DNA of 38,406 bases from Paludibacteraceae bacterium (GCA_017614195.1 JAGACJ010000143.1:1-38406); one strand, 5' to 3'. Positions 1 through 9,357 are shown, counted from the first letter of the stretch. Numbers and translations: made by a program. Notes: a model not told the origin generated them from the letters alone.

Positions 1-1
1 G

Positions 2-163
2 GGCTATATGGGGTATATCATTGCCACGGTCAATTTCGAAGGTCTCAAGAACGGCCGTTTTTCGAAACACATTTACCTTTACTCAAACACCAAAACAATC
101 CGGCTGGTCATTTACGGCGAAATAGATTTCCCAGTCAAAGTGATAGTCAACCCGACTGAGTGA
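2..163 (+). CDS. 3' end of an unidentified protein-coding gene (partial, runs off the left edge)
   Basis: Frame 2 is open from the window edge to TGA at 161-163. It reads ...GYIIATVNFEGLKNGRFSKHIYLYSNTKTIRLVIYGEIDFPVKVIVNPTE*. The sequence is non-repetitive and protein-like, but no family is recognisable from 53 residues. Confidence 0.35.
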   Translation, partial: GYMGYIIATVNFEGLKNGRFSKHIYLYSNTKTIRLVIYGEIDFPVKVIVNPTE

Positions 164-189
164 TTGCAGCGAAAAATGTTTTGAATTCT

Positions 190-681
190 TTACTCTTCCG
201 GAGCTACGTCAACCGTAATCTGACGGCGGAACGCCTCGCCCAGACAAATCAGGGTTTCGGTGCTGGCAATACCGTCTATGGACTGGATATGGTCGTGAAT
301 GATGCTCAGGAAATGACGGTTGTCGCGCGCATAAATCTTGAGGTACATGGCATATTTGCCGGTAGTATAGTGACACTCTACAATCTCGGGAATTTTCTTC
401 AATTCCTCCACCACATGGCTGAACATATTGGCATCCTTCAAAAACAGCCCCATGTAGGCACAAGTGTTGTACCCGACCTTAATCGGATCTATCAGAAACT
501 CAGAACCCTTAATCACCCCAATTGAAGTCAACTTCTGGATACGCTGGTGAATGGCCGCACCCGACACATTGCACTCGCGGGCAATCTCCAAAAACGGTGT
601 ACGGGCATTTTGCGAAATGAGATGCAAAATCTTCTGATCTAACTCGTCCAATTGTATTGTAGCCATAACGATTGATGTCAA
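190..681 (-). CDS. Lrp/AsnC family transcriptional regulator
   Basis: The N-terminal HTH (LDELDQKILHLISQNARTPFLEIARECNVSGAAIHQRIQKL) followed by an AsnC-type ligand-binding domain (GYNTCAYMGLFLK...ECHYTTGKYAMYLKIYARD) is the typical Lrp/AsnC layout. An alternative start, MATIQLD, lies at 666. Confidence 0.85.
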   Translation of the reverse strand: MTSIVMATIQLDELDQKILHLISQNARTPFLEIARECNVSGAAIHQRIQKLTSIGVIKGSEFLIDPIKVGYNTCAYMGLFLKDANMFSHVVEELKKIPEIVECHYTTGKYAMYLKIYARDNRHFLSIIHDHIQSIDGIASTETLICLGEAFRRQITVDVAPEE

Positions 682-710
682 AAAAACGGATATTCGGTGT
701 TACTATTTTG

Positions 711-718
711 CAAAGATA
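711..718 (-). promoter_or_regulatory. Bacteroidota sigma-A -7 box (TATCTTTG on the minus strand) for the Lrp/AsnC gene
   Basis: Plus-strand caaagata is the reverse complement of TATCTTTG, which matches TAnnTTTG. It lies 30 nt upstream of the ATG at 681. Confidence 0.45.
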
Positions 719-833
719 ACAATATTTGAAAAATTTTGTCACTATTTTGTTGGAGAAATCCGCAAATACGGGTAAAACAACCGTTTACCCGATTTTTAAC
801 CAAAAATTGCGTACAATTTAGAATTATTTGTTA

Positions 834-841
834 TAATTTTG
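834..841 (+). promoter_or_regulatory. Bacteroidota -7 box (TAATTTTG) for the Crp/Fnr gene
   Basis: Matches TAnnTTTG and lies 40 nt upstream of the ATG at 881, in an A/T-rich divergent intergenic region. Confidence 0.45.
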
Positions 842-880
842 CATGCAGAACAATGTTTAACAACATATATCTCCTAAAGA

Positions 881-1582
881 ATGAGCAAAGACCCGGCCAT
901 CGACATTCATGATTCCATTGCTTCTGCATGCCCTTGGAACGCCTTGTCGGCCGAGCAACTGTCATCACTCATTGAACAGTCCAAACTCCAAACAATTAAG
1001 AAAAACGGGCTGATCTACGCCGAAGGCGAAGACCCCACGACGCTCGTTTACATTTTGAGCGGACAGGTCAAAATTTTCAAGAAAGGCCTCGAGGGACGCA
1101 ATCAGATTGTCCGCATCGTAAAACCGGGCGAAATGTTGGGCTACCGCGCCATGTTTGCAGAGGAGCGCTATGTCACTTCGGCGTCAGCGTTCGAGCCATG
1201 CACGATTCTGCGTGTTCCGAGACAAGTGATTTTAAACTTGATCAAAAACAACAACGATCTGGCATTTGCCTTTATCCGTTACTTGTCGATTGACTTGGGC
1301 ATTGCCGACGCACGCTCGGTAGTACTGACACAGAACCATATCCGTGGCCGCCTGGCCGAATCGTTGCTGCACATCTACGAATACAACGGCGTTGATGCAC
1401 AGACGGGCAATTTGGCCATCAACTTGTCGCGCGAAGATTTGGCAAGTTTGTCGAACATGACCACCTCAAATGCCATTCGTACCCTGTCATCGTTTGCCGA
1501 CGACGGGCTCATCAAAGTGAGCGGTCGAAAAATACAACTGCTCGACTTTGAGCGACTGCGCCACATCGCCAAATTTGAATAA
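881..1582 (+). CDS. Crp/Fnr family transcriptional regulator (cNMP-binding domain plus C-terminal HTH)
   Basis: Beta-roll effector domain (GEDPTTLVYILSGQVKIFKKGLEGRNQIVRIVKPGEMLGY) and a C-terminal HTH (LSREDLASLSNMTTSNAIRTLSSFADDGLIKVSGRKIQL). Confidence 0.85.
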   Translation: MSKDPAIDIHDSIASACPWNALSAEQLSSLIEQSKLQTIKKNGLIYAEGEDPTTLVYILSGQVKIFKKGLEGRNQIVRIVKPGEMLGYRAMFAEERYVTSASAFEPCTILRVPRQVILNLIKNNNDLAFAFIRYLSIDLGIADARSVVLTQNHIRGRLAESLLHIYEYNGVDAQTGNLAINLSREDLASLSNMTTSNAIRTLSSFADDGLIKVSGRKIQLLDFERLRHIAKFE

Positions 1583-1599
1583 TCCTACGGCTTACTCCG

Positions 1600-2904
1600 C
1601 TATTTTGAACGGTTATCGAACAAAGTGACCGGCTTGCGGCTCATGGCGGGATGCGTAATCTGATTGATGACGTCAACCGGCAGCACCGCTATTTCGGGAG
1701 CCACCCGCACGCGCGTTCTGAACCGGTCCTTCAGATCCTTGATGGGATCGAAATTGGACTGCTGGCGCAAGCCGACCGTTATCACCACATTGTCGGTTTC
1801 ATTGTCGGTAGTCGATACCGTAATAAAATAATTTTCGACGTAATCGGTATTGTTGAGCACATCGACCAATGCTGGCGGATACAGCGTTGTGCCTTTGTAT
1901 TTTATCATGTGGTTCTTACGACCGACAATGGGACTGATACGCGGAGACTTACGGCCACATTGGCATTCGTTGTAATACATGGCGGCCATGTCACCCGTTT
2001 TGAAACGGAGCAACGGCATTCCTTCAACACCCAAGGTGGTGATAACCACCTCTCCTACCTCGCCGGGAGGTACAGGATTGCCGTCTTCGCCAATGATTTC
2101 TACCACAAGTAGTTCGGGATGCAAGTGTCCGCCGCAGCCGTATTGGCATTCGGAGAAAGTCGCACTCATCTCGGTCGAAGAATATGTTGCGAACAGTTCC
2201 ACATCCCATTTTTCTTTGATTTTGCGGCCCAACGAATTGAGTTCGAAATTGATGTCGCGCATTCCCTCGCCAATACCGATGATGCGTTTGACACTCGAAT
2301 TGCGATAATCAATTCCATGCGCCTCGGCATACTCAATCAGACGAAGGATGAAAGACGGAATGCACATCAGCGTGTCGGGTTTCAGACGTTTGATGGTATC
2401 CCATTGCAACTCAGGAATGCCATTACCCACCCGAATCACACCTACGCCTAACTTGCGCAATCCCAAGAAATAGGCCATACCTGCCATAAAACGCTTGTCG
2501 AGCGTCACCATCAGCTGCACCTTGTTGCCTGGCCGCAGACCAGCGAACTTGAACGAGACGGCTTCGTTATAAGCCAAGCGCTGCAAATCGTTTTCGGTAC
2601 AGGCAAATGTAACGGGATCGCCCAAAGTACCCGAAGTGGTGATATAGTCGATAATGCGGGTCTCCTCAACACACAAAAAATCGGCATTGTGCAATTGCAA
2701 ATCGGCCTTTTCGGTAAAAGGGACATTACGCAAATCGTCTAATGTGCGGATTTTCGACACATCAATCCGATGCTCGGCGAACATTCGCCGATAAAACGCC
2801 GAATTTGCCTGCAAATATTGCAATTGTTTTGACAACAATTGTTCTTGCAACTGCTGGATCTCGGCAGGAGAACGAAACTCAATATCAGAATATTCACTAC
2901 TCAT
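1600..2904 (-). CDS. PaaK-like (phenylacetate-CoA ligase / coenzyme F390 synthetase family) adenylate-forming enzyme; probable aryl-acid starter activation
   Basis: The motif TTSGTLGDPVTF followed by TENDL...GLRPGNKV matches the PaaK-family P-loop region, and the length is right. I prefer the start MSSEYSD at 2902-2904, 2 nt after the upstream gene's stop at 2897-2899. The longest ORF would start at 2970, inside the upstream gene. Confidence 0.8.
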   Translation of the reverse strand: MSSEYSDIEFRSPAEIQQLQEQLLSKQLQYLQANSAFYRRMFAEHRIDVSKIRTLDDLRNVPFTEKADLQLHNADFLCVEETRIIDYITTSGTLGDPVTFACTENDLQRLAYNEAVSFKFAGLRPGNKVQLMVTLDKRFMAGMAYFLGLRKLGVGVIRVGNGIPELQWDTIKRLKPDTLMCIPSFILRLIEYAEAHGIDYRNSSVKRIIGIGEGMRDINFELNSLGRKIKEKWDVELFATYSSTEMSATFSECQYGCGGHLHPELLVVEIIGEDGNPVPPGEVGEVVITTLGVEGMPLLRFKTGDMAAMYYNECQCGRKSPRISPIVGRKNHMIKYKGTTLYPPALVDVLNNTDYVENYFITVSTTDNETDNVVITVGLRQQSNFDPIKDLKDRFRTRVRVAPEIAVLPVDVINQITHPAMSRKPVTLFDNRSK

Positions 2905-5900
2905 AAGCTGACTCTTTATACAACCATGTACGACGCTCGCAATTTTTCCAATAGGGATTTTGAGGGACACGGTACATTAAATCCAATTCGTTATATTTAG
3001 CCTGAATGTATTGGCGAATTTGTTTGGCGCGGTCCTGATAAGTCGTTCCAAACCGCAAGTCACCGGCCGGAATACGGTCCATGAAACGCCATTCGACCCA
3101 TGCGCGTGAGATATAGGCCGGTTGCAACTTGGAGTAACACATTCCGGTACCGTACATCACGGAGATAATCAGGTCAAGATTCCATTTTTCGGCAACATAA
3201 AAGGCCCCCTTTCGGAAACGGTGAACCATAAAATCCTTGGAGCGGGTTCCTTCTGGGAAAATCATGATGCTGCACCCCTGACCAATTACCTCATCGATCT
3301 GACGCTCGACCGATTCGAGTCCGGCATCGGCAGCAATGTAACCGGCATAGCGCACCACTAAGGCGAATGGTGATTTGTGCCAAACCCAATCTTGCGTCAC
3401 CACAATCAGTTTCGGAGAACAGCCCATCACCAATAGCAAATCGAGCAGCGACTGGTGATTCGACACCAGAACTACAGGGCGTTCAAACTGTTCGCCATTC
3501 TTATCGACATGCACCCTGACTCCGATGGCCGAGCGGTACGACAACCGGGCGAAAAACGCAAGGACTACCCTAAAGACATATTGGCGACGCCGTTTCTTCA
3601 AGGGTAATAGCAATGGCATCAGCAGATGCAGCGCCAAAAGCGAAAGCAGAACCACCACCATGGAGAACAGCGTTCGGAGCAGACTGCCTAACGTATGAGG
3701 AAATCCGCCCTTGTGTACTGGCGATGCGACAAACATTTCGAACAGCAACGGTTCGAACACGTAAGCCATCAGCACCACCACAAAGATGCCCATAAGCGAC
3801 ACCAGCGCTAATGAATGAATGGCCGGATGACGGGCGAAGAGCAAGGCAGCCATGCCAATCATGGTGATGACCGATGAGAAGAATATGGCTGTCTTGTGCG
3901 CAGGAAGAGTTTTTCGGCCATCGGTATAGCCGCCACGCAGTCCGTCGAGCACAAAAATACTGAAATCATCGCCAACACCGAAGATAAACGACGACAATAC
4001 GATGTTGACAATATTGAACTTAATACCTGTGATGGCCATAAGGGCAGTAATGATCACCCAGCTCAAGCACATGGGCAGAAATGCCAGCAATGCCATTTCG
4101 ACACGACGATACGAAATCCAAAGCACCACAAATATCAAAATGGAAGAAACAAGTAGGATCAAATCAAAATCGCTGTTAATCTGCTCGGCCATTTGCGAGA
4201 CATAATAGCTGCGCTCGGCCACAAACGAATTGTCTGACAAGCGTTTGTAAGCATTGCCGTCGGCATTCTCGGGCAAATCGACTCGTGTCAGGAACAGGCA
4301 GGTCGAATCGCTTTGTTCCACAAAATTACCCATGACCGTACTATAAAACAGCGAATCCTGCAACATATCCGTTGGCGTGTACGTACAGTCCGTCGCTTGG
4401 ATAAAGCGGTCAAAAGCGTCGGATTTGAAACCGACTGCGGTTGCCGACTCACGCAACACTTTGCCTAATTGTGCCTTGCGAGTTTCGGTCCAATAATCAT
4501 ACCAACGTGCGATACGCTCGGCCTGAAGGGTGGAATCGGGCAAGAATGACGCCACCGAGGCAAACCCTGACATTTCACCCATACGACACGCCACTTGCGC
4601 CGAATCGGCAGTCCGACGGTATTGTTCCAAATCCATGGTCACCAGCCATCCGCTTTCGCCACCACCCATGGTCTGGTGCAATCGTTGCTCCGCCTCAGCA
4701 ATCTTCTGCGTCTTGTAATTGAGGTGCATCATGTCGTAGTCAAACTGCACGCGGTTACAATAAATGAATCCGACAATCGAAACCACGACCAATAACAGCA
4801 CTAACCATTTGTTGCGGTCGTAACGATAGGCGTTAATGCGGTCAATCACTTGCATCACACGAGATGCTTCGCGCAATGTGCCGAATTGCAGCAAATGAGG
4901 CAGAAATATTAGGCAGAACAAGGTGGTCGCCACCAATGTGCAAGCCGAAAACAAACCGAAATCGCGCAACAGCGGCGACTGCGTAAACTGCAAACCGATA
5001 AACGCACCGATGGTGGTAATGCTGCCTACCGTTAGAGGATAAGCCAATTCTTCGACCAATTGGCGGCGAGAACCACAATGGTTGGCATGCGACAACACAT
5101 GCACCGAGTAACTGAGCGCTATGCCCATCACCACCGAACCGGTACCTACGGCTATCGCCGAAATGCTGCCTTGAACCAACCATACAAACGCCAGTGCCGC
5201 CAACATGCCGTACAGAACAGGCACAATCAGCAACACGATGTTTCTGAAACTGCGCATGGAAGTCCATACCAACAAAACAATCAGCACCAAAGCCACCGTC
5301 ATCGTCAGCGACAGGTCGCGTTGAATCTGAGAGGCATTGTCATATCCGATAATCGGAGCACCGTAGGGTTGTATCGTACATTCGGGATAGAGGGTGGTGA
5401 CAGCGTCTGACGCATGACTCACCACTTGCGAAAAACGCTGGTTGAACGCAGCATCCTGCACTTGACCGGGGGTCTCGAGAAAACAAACCAACACCTTGAA
5501 ATCGGGCGAGAACAACGCTCCGTCATAAACCGCTAATGAGTGGTCGCCCCCTAACGATTGCATATTGTTTAGGGATTTTTGGCTCAACACAAACGGGTCG
5601 GAAAGCACCACGTCGCCCATTGCTACGGCCGCTGGCGACAGTAACAAAGCATAGTCTTGAGCCAATTGCTGGCGGCAATGCGCAGGTTGCAACATCGAAT
5701 CCAAACGGGCATAGTCAGCCTCTTCGAGATAACAGGGCAAATGCCGCATGATCCAATCAAAACTGCGGGAGAACGCTTCTGGGTCAGTACGCATTTCAAA
5801 ATGGAGCGGCAAGTCTGACTGTTCTATCGCATCGCTGTATGCCTCGGCCACTTCGAGCAGCAGATCGGGATCGGTTTCGGCGGTATCTTGCAAACTGAAC

Positions 5901-6112
5901 AAGACTACCGTACGGTCCTTCACTTTGAGATGTTCAAAAACCAACTTGCCTTGTCCTTCAGAAAGCCCGGGAACGAAATCGGTGATATCGCTTTTGAATC
6001 CGATATGCACCGCCATCAGCCCGAATAAAATCACCGTCAATGCCAACAATCCCCACAACAAAGGTTTGTGAGCGTCGAACCAATCAAATATACGGACAAA
6101 CAGTTTTTTCAT
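2897..6112 (-). CDS. Fusion protein: N-terminal MMPL/RND-type predicted lipid exporter plus C-terminal PlsC-type (1-acyl-glycerol-3-phosphate-like) acyltransferase
   Basis: 1071 aa. There are two clusters of TM helices separated by large soluble loops (MMPL-like), for example SLTMTVALVLIVLLVW... and LILLVSSILIFVVLWISY.... The C-terminal ~220 aa carry the acyltransferase motifs NHQSLLD (HX4D, around residue 885) and FPEGTRS. Confidence 0.8.
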   Translation of the reverse strand: MKKLFVRIFDWFDAHKPLLWGLLALTVILFGLMAVHIGFKSDITDFVPGLSEGQGKLVFEHLKVKDRTVVLFSLQDTAETDPDLLLEVAEAYSDAIEQSDLPLHFEMRTDPEAFSRSFDWIMRHLPCYLEEADYARLDSMLQPAHCRQQLAQDYALLLSPAAVAMGDVVLSDPFVLSQKSLNNMQSLGGDHSLAVYDGALFSPDFKVLVCFLETPGQVQDAAFNQRFSQVVSHASDAVTTLYPECTIQPYGAPIIGYDNASQIQRDLSLTMTVALVLIVLLVWTSMRSFRNIVLLIVPVLYGMLAALAFVWLVQGSISAIAVGTGSVVMGIALSYSVHVLSHANHCGSRRQLVEELAYPLTVGSITTIGAFIGLQFTQSPLLRDFGLFSACTLVATTLFCLIFLPHLLQFGTLREASRVMQVIDRINAYRYDRNKWLVLLLVVVSIVGFIYCNRVQFDYDMMHLNYKTQKIAEAEQRLHQTMGGGESGWLVTMDLEQYRRTADSAQVACRMGEMSGFASVASFLPDSTLQAERIARWYDYWTETRKAQLGKVLRESATAVGFKSDAFDRFIQATDCTYTPTDMLQDSLFYSTVMGNFVEQSDSTCLFLTRVDLPENADGNAYKRLSDNSFVAERSYYVSQMAEQINSDFDLILLVSSILIFVVLWISYRRVEMALLAFLPMCLSWVIITALMAITGIKFNIVNIVLSSFIFGVGDDFSIFVLDGLRGGYTDGRKTLPAHKTAIFFSSVITMIGMAALLFARHPAIHSLALVSLMGIFVVVLMAYVFEPLLFEMFVASPVHKGGFPHTLGSLLRTLFSMVVVLLSLLALHLLMPLLLPLKKRRRQYVFRVVLAFFARLSYRSAIGVRVHVDKNGEQFERPVVLVSNHQSLLDLLLVMGCSPKLIVVTQDWVWHKSPFALVVRYAGYIAADAGLESVERQIDEVIGQGCSIMIFPEGTRSKDFMVHRFRKGAFYVAEKWNLDLIISVMYGTGMCYSKLQPAYISRAWVEWRFMDRIPAGDLRFGTTYQDRAKQIRQYIQAKYNELDLMYRVPQNPYWKNCERRTWLYKESAYE

Positions 6113-7293
6113 TTACGTTTTCGAAAGACCGACAATATTAACCACACCAGCAATCCCGTCGTCAGACCGGCCACGAGCGACAACACCAACGAACCGACAA
6201 TGTAATCGAGACCGAACGATGCCAGCGACGACAAACTGATCTGATCGAAACTAAAAGCCATTTCATGGCCCATCAGGCGACAACCCACCCGATAACTGCC
6301 ATACAGAATAAACGGAATGAAAGGCGGCAGGCTCACATTGGATCCGATTACCGCCACCAAACGATTTATGTCCAACAATTTGGCAAGTCCCCAAGCGGCC
6401 ACCAACTGGTATCCCCAAATCGGCAAAATGCCACAACACACGCCTAATGCTGCAGAACAGGCAAGAACAAAATTGGAAGTCGTTTCTGGAATTGCGTCTT
6501 CGGTAAAATATTTTTTAATGTTATTCCACGACAAATATTGTAGAAAACGCCAAGGGTAATAAACCAAGAGGGCAATTAAAACCAAAAACGTATTGAGTAT
6601 GGAGATACGTGTAAAATCTCTTGCCGGCACAAAGTGCGATACTCGTTCTTTTTCGGGTGGATAATACACCTTGACTGGTACATTTGCGACGCGGATTCCT
6701 TTCCAGGCAGCGCGCACAATCACCTCCACCTCAAATTCATAACGACGGGTGACAAAGCGCATCTGTGGAATTTTATCGAGCGGATATGCTCTGAAACCCG
6801 ACTGCGTGTCATCGAGGCGTATACCTGTTTCGACACGAAACCAGAAGTTCGAAAATTTGTTGGCAAAAGTATTGCGCCCTGGCATATTCTCGGCTTGCAG
6901 GTTACGGGCGCCTATGAGCAGAGAACCTGGATTTTCCTGCAATTCGGCGACAAAAGTCGGAATATCATCGGCAAAATGCTGTCCGTCGCTATCGATTGTA
7001 ATGGCATAACGGTAGCCCAACGACGCAGCATGGCGCAAGCCTAATTTAATGGCATAGCCCTTGCCACGATTTTTTTCGTATTGGAGTGTTTGGATTTCGG
7101 GACGTGAAGCTAACAGACCAGCGGTAGAATCCGTCGAGCCGTCATTGACGACCAATATATCTTCTGAATAACACAACACCGAATCAACCACCTGCAACAG
7201 TGTTTTCTCGTTGTTGTACGTGGGAATGAGCACTACTATTCCTAACGCTTTGACTTGTTTGCGAATATCGTTATCCAGTGAGAGGTCCATCAA
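6109..7293 (-). CDS. Family-2 glycosyltransferase fused to a DUF2062-type membrane domain
   Basis: GT2 signature VLIPTYNNEKTL...VVNDGSTDST...DSDGQH. The C-terminal membrane half (GILPIWGYQLVAAWGLAKLLDINRLVAVIGSNVSLPPFIPFILYGSY) resembles DUF2062. A 4-nt start/stop overlap exists with both neighbours. Confidence 0.8.
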   Translation of the reverse strand: MMDLSLDNDIRKQVKALGIVVLIPTYNNEKTLLQVVDSVLCYSEDILVVNDGSTDSTAGLLASRPEIQTLQYEKNRGKGYAIKLGLRHAASLGYRYAITIDSDGQHFADDIPTFVAELQENPGSLLIGARNLQAENMPGRNTFANKFSNFWFRVETGIRLDDTQSGFRAYPLDKIPQMRFVTRRYEFEVEVIVRAAWKGIRVANVPVKVYYPPEKERVSHFVPARDFTRISILNTFLVLIALLVYYPWRFLQYLSWNNIKKYFTEDAIPETTSNFVLACSAALGVCCGILPIWGYQLVAAWGLAKLLDINRLVAVIGSNVSLPPFIPFILYGSYRVGCRLMGHEMAFSFDQISLSSLASFGLDYIVGSLVLSLVAGLTTGLLVWLILSVFRKRK

Positions 7294-7946
7294 TGTTCCG
7301 ACGTGTCAAATACCGACGCTCCAATGGGTTGTCCCATCTTCGTATCGTAGAATTTATAGGTTGCAAAGTTACCATTTTTTTCGTTCATACGAAGCACTTG
7401 CAACGATAAATCCGTTTTCTTGTAGGTTAACACGATCGATTGATAGGGATTGGAGGAGCCGGCACCCCAAGTCAAGGTGACTTCGTAGGTATTGGGATAG
7501 TCGGTCACTTGAATTTGTCCTGGCTTGCGACCAAATCCCATGGCAGCGATGTCGCTCCGCAAGCAAGCCATCAAAAGCCGTTGCAAGGCCTTCGCCGACG
7601 GATTTTGCCGGGCATTGGTCTGCATTCGGTTGCCTTGGGTAATCATCACGAGGTCATCGCCGTTGATACAAAGCAAATCACCCGCAGGTTTGTCGTAGCG
7701 CAACGCCATTTTATCAGGCACAACACAATAAAAATGGCCGGACGACTCAACATCCGACTGCAAGACTGCCACATGTCGCACCTCTTCGAAACGGCTGCTA
7801 ATGGTGGTAACCGATGCTGACGAGGTTTTGAGCCGTTGCAAAAAGGCGGTTTTTTGGGATTCATCCATTATTTGCTGAGCCGAAACAGTGGATACCGCCA
7901 GCAATAACACAAATAACAAGAGACTGTATCTGATACGCATGATCAA
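7290..7946 (-). CDS. LolA-like outer-membrane lipoprotein/lipid carrier protein (secreted)
   Basis: Signal peptide MIMRIRYSLLLFVLLLAVSTVSAQQ. The ~200-aa beta-rich body has LolA-like size and pattern, and the gene sits in the position conserved in APE/flexirubin clusters. Confidence 0.7.
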   Translation of the reverse strand: MIMRIRYSLLLFVLLLAVSTVSAQQIMDESQKTAFLQRLKTSSASVTTISSRFEEVRHVAVLQSDVESSGHFYCVVPDKMALRYDKPAGDLLCINGDDLVMITQGNRMQTNARQNPSAKALQRLLMACLRSDIAAMGFGRKPGQIQVTDYPNTYEVTLTWGAGSSNPYQSIVLTYKKTDLSLQVLRMNEKNGNFATYKFYDTKMGQPIGASVFDTSEH

Positions 7947-8617
7947 TTAAGTTGAGAGGTTATTGTATAAGACGCAAATTGTAACTGTCGGATTAATTCG
8001 CATAGTAAAATTTCGCTATCGGCGCGATTGTCGTGCAGCAATATCACATCGCCTGGGGACACTTGTCGCATAATCCGACTGACCACATCGGCACGTGGCG
8101 TGGCGGCACAGGTGTCGTACGAGCGGATACTCCACCCAATCGTTCGCAACCCCAACGATTTGACGGCACGGGCAATCGGAGGATTGGTCACGCCAAACGG
8201 CGGACGGAACAAAGTCGGACGCTCGCCCGTAATTTGCTCCAACACCGCCATACACTGTTGCAAGTCTTCATGAATAGCAGTTGCTCGCGACAGCGGAAAG
8301 GTACCCTGATGTTGATACGAATGAATGCCGATTTTATGTCCTTCGGACACTATGCGACGCACCAAATCGGGATATAGAGAGGCCCGGTTTCCTACCAAAA
8401 AGAAAATCGCTGGAGTTTGAGCCGATTTCAAGACATCAAGCACCTTGGGGGTCTGTACAGGATCTGGTCCATCGTCAAAAGTCAGCACGACTTGCGGTTT
8501 TTCGGTATCAATGCGGCACAACGCTTTGAGATAAATCCCCGAGTCAATGCGGTACGACGCCCAGAACAAAAACGCCGACACTGTCACCGCTAACAGTATG
8601 ACGAATCCAAATATCAT
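7943..8617 (-). CDS. Polysaccharide deacetylase (NodB-homology) family protein, membrane-anchored
   Basis: N-terminal TM helix, then the NodB motifs TFDDGPDP and HSYQH, followed by LFRPPFG. Confidence 0.8.
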   Translation of the reverse strand: MIFGFVILLAVTVSAFLFWASYRIDSGIYLKALCRIDTEKPQVVLTFDDGPDPVQTPKVLDVLKSAQTPAIFFLVGNRASLYPDLVRRIVSEGHKIGIHSYQHQGTFPLSRATAIHEDLQQCMAVLEQITGERPTLFRPPFGVTNPPIARAVKSLGLRTIGWSIRSYDTCAATPRADVVSRIMRQVSPGDVILLHDNRADSEILLCELIRQLQFASYTITSQLN

Positions 8618-9357
8618 TTTGTAGGAGAAACTAACAATACGGCCGGCTCGCGGTCTCTATAATTATGACAGAGGCGCACTGGTTTCTTTAGCGGTCCTTT
8701 TGCCAGCAAATCATACAAAGACGATGCCGACTGCGTCGGAAAATAGACCGGAGTTTCGGGAAGGTCGGCCTTGTCGAGATACGCAGGAAACTCGGGCAGA
8801 TGCAACTGAGCCAATGCACCGTCAGGATTACTGCTGAGCAAGAAGAAATACGCACCTTCGCCATACCCTTCGGGCCAGCCCATTCGTTTGAGAATGATTT
8901 CGAGCGTGGGCGTCTTGAAATCAAACGCGCCCAACAGCACACACGAGGCATCGCCCGTTTCGAGCAAGGTCACCGTATCGAGCACGGCGCTTTCGAAACT
9001 GTGTCCTCGGTGGGTGTAGGTCATATTGTATGAAACATTGTCGCACAACAACGCCACCTGACCGCCAACGGTATTGAATGTCGATTGGATAAACGGAGTC
9101 GGGTTCAACATCTGTTCATCATTTTCGAGCAGGTTTTTGAGAAATTGTTCGCTATCGGCCAAACAGCCAAATGCCGTAGCGGTCACAATCGCATCGACCG
9201 CTGGATGGCCGGCATTGTGCAGGCACTGCATCGCCGCCCCCACCGACTGTTTGAGCAACACACTCATTCGGCGCCGCATCTGCGGGTTGGGGATCAGTAG
9301 TTTGATATCTTCGGTCAAACTCGTATCAGAGGCAATGGCATGGATATAGGCGTTCAT
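8614..9357 (-). CDS. Ketosynthase N-terminal-like / chain-length-factor-like protein (no catalytic triad)
   Basis: 247 aa resembling the N-terminal half of a KS (RRMSVLLKQSVGAAMQCL..., NPTPFIQSTFNTVGGQVALL). The HGTGT and GH motifs are absent. This matches the small Ketoacyl-synt_2-type proteins of APE clusters. Confidence 0.65.
   Translation of the reverse strand: MNAYIHAIASDTSLTEDIKLLIPNPQMRRRMSVLLKQSVGAAMQCLHNAGHPAVDAIVTATAFGCLADSEQFLKNLLENDEQMLNPTPFIQSTFNTVGGQVALLCDNVSYNMTYTHRGHSFESAVLDTVTLLETGDASCVLLGAFDFKTPTLEIILKRMGWPEGYGEGAYFFLLSSNPDGALAQLHLPEFPAYLDKADLPETPVYFPTQSASSLYDLLAKGPLKKPVRLCHNYRDREPAVLLVSPTK

Noticed and set aside
160-525. 121-aa plus-strand ORF overlapping the Lrp/AsnC gene
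   Set aside because: The minus-strand frame gives a textbook Lrp/AsnC protein, while the plus-strand translation has no recognisable features.
2905-2970. 22-codon N-terminal extension of the PaaK-like ligase ORF. Similar long-ORF extensions occur for purA (to 16476), ruvX (to 21295), galE (from 21194), nusB (from 17172), the OmpA-family gene (from 23301), the PUR-like gene (to 17214) and the exonuclease (from 37383).
   Set aside because: The extensions overlap upstream genes or promoter boxes and lack conservation-like sequence. Internal ATGs give N-termini matching the families.
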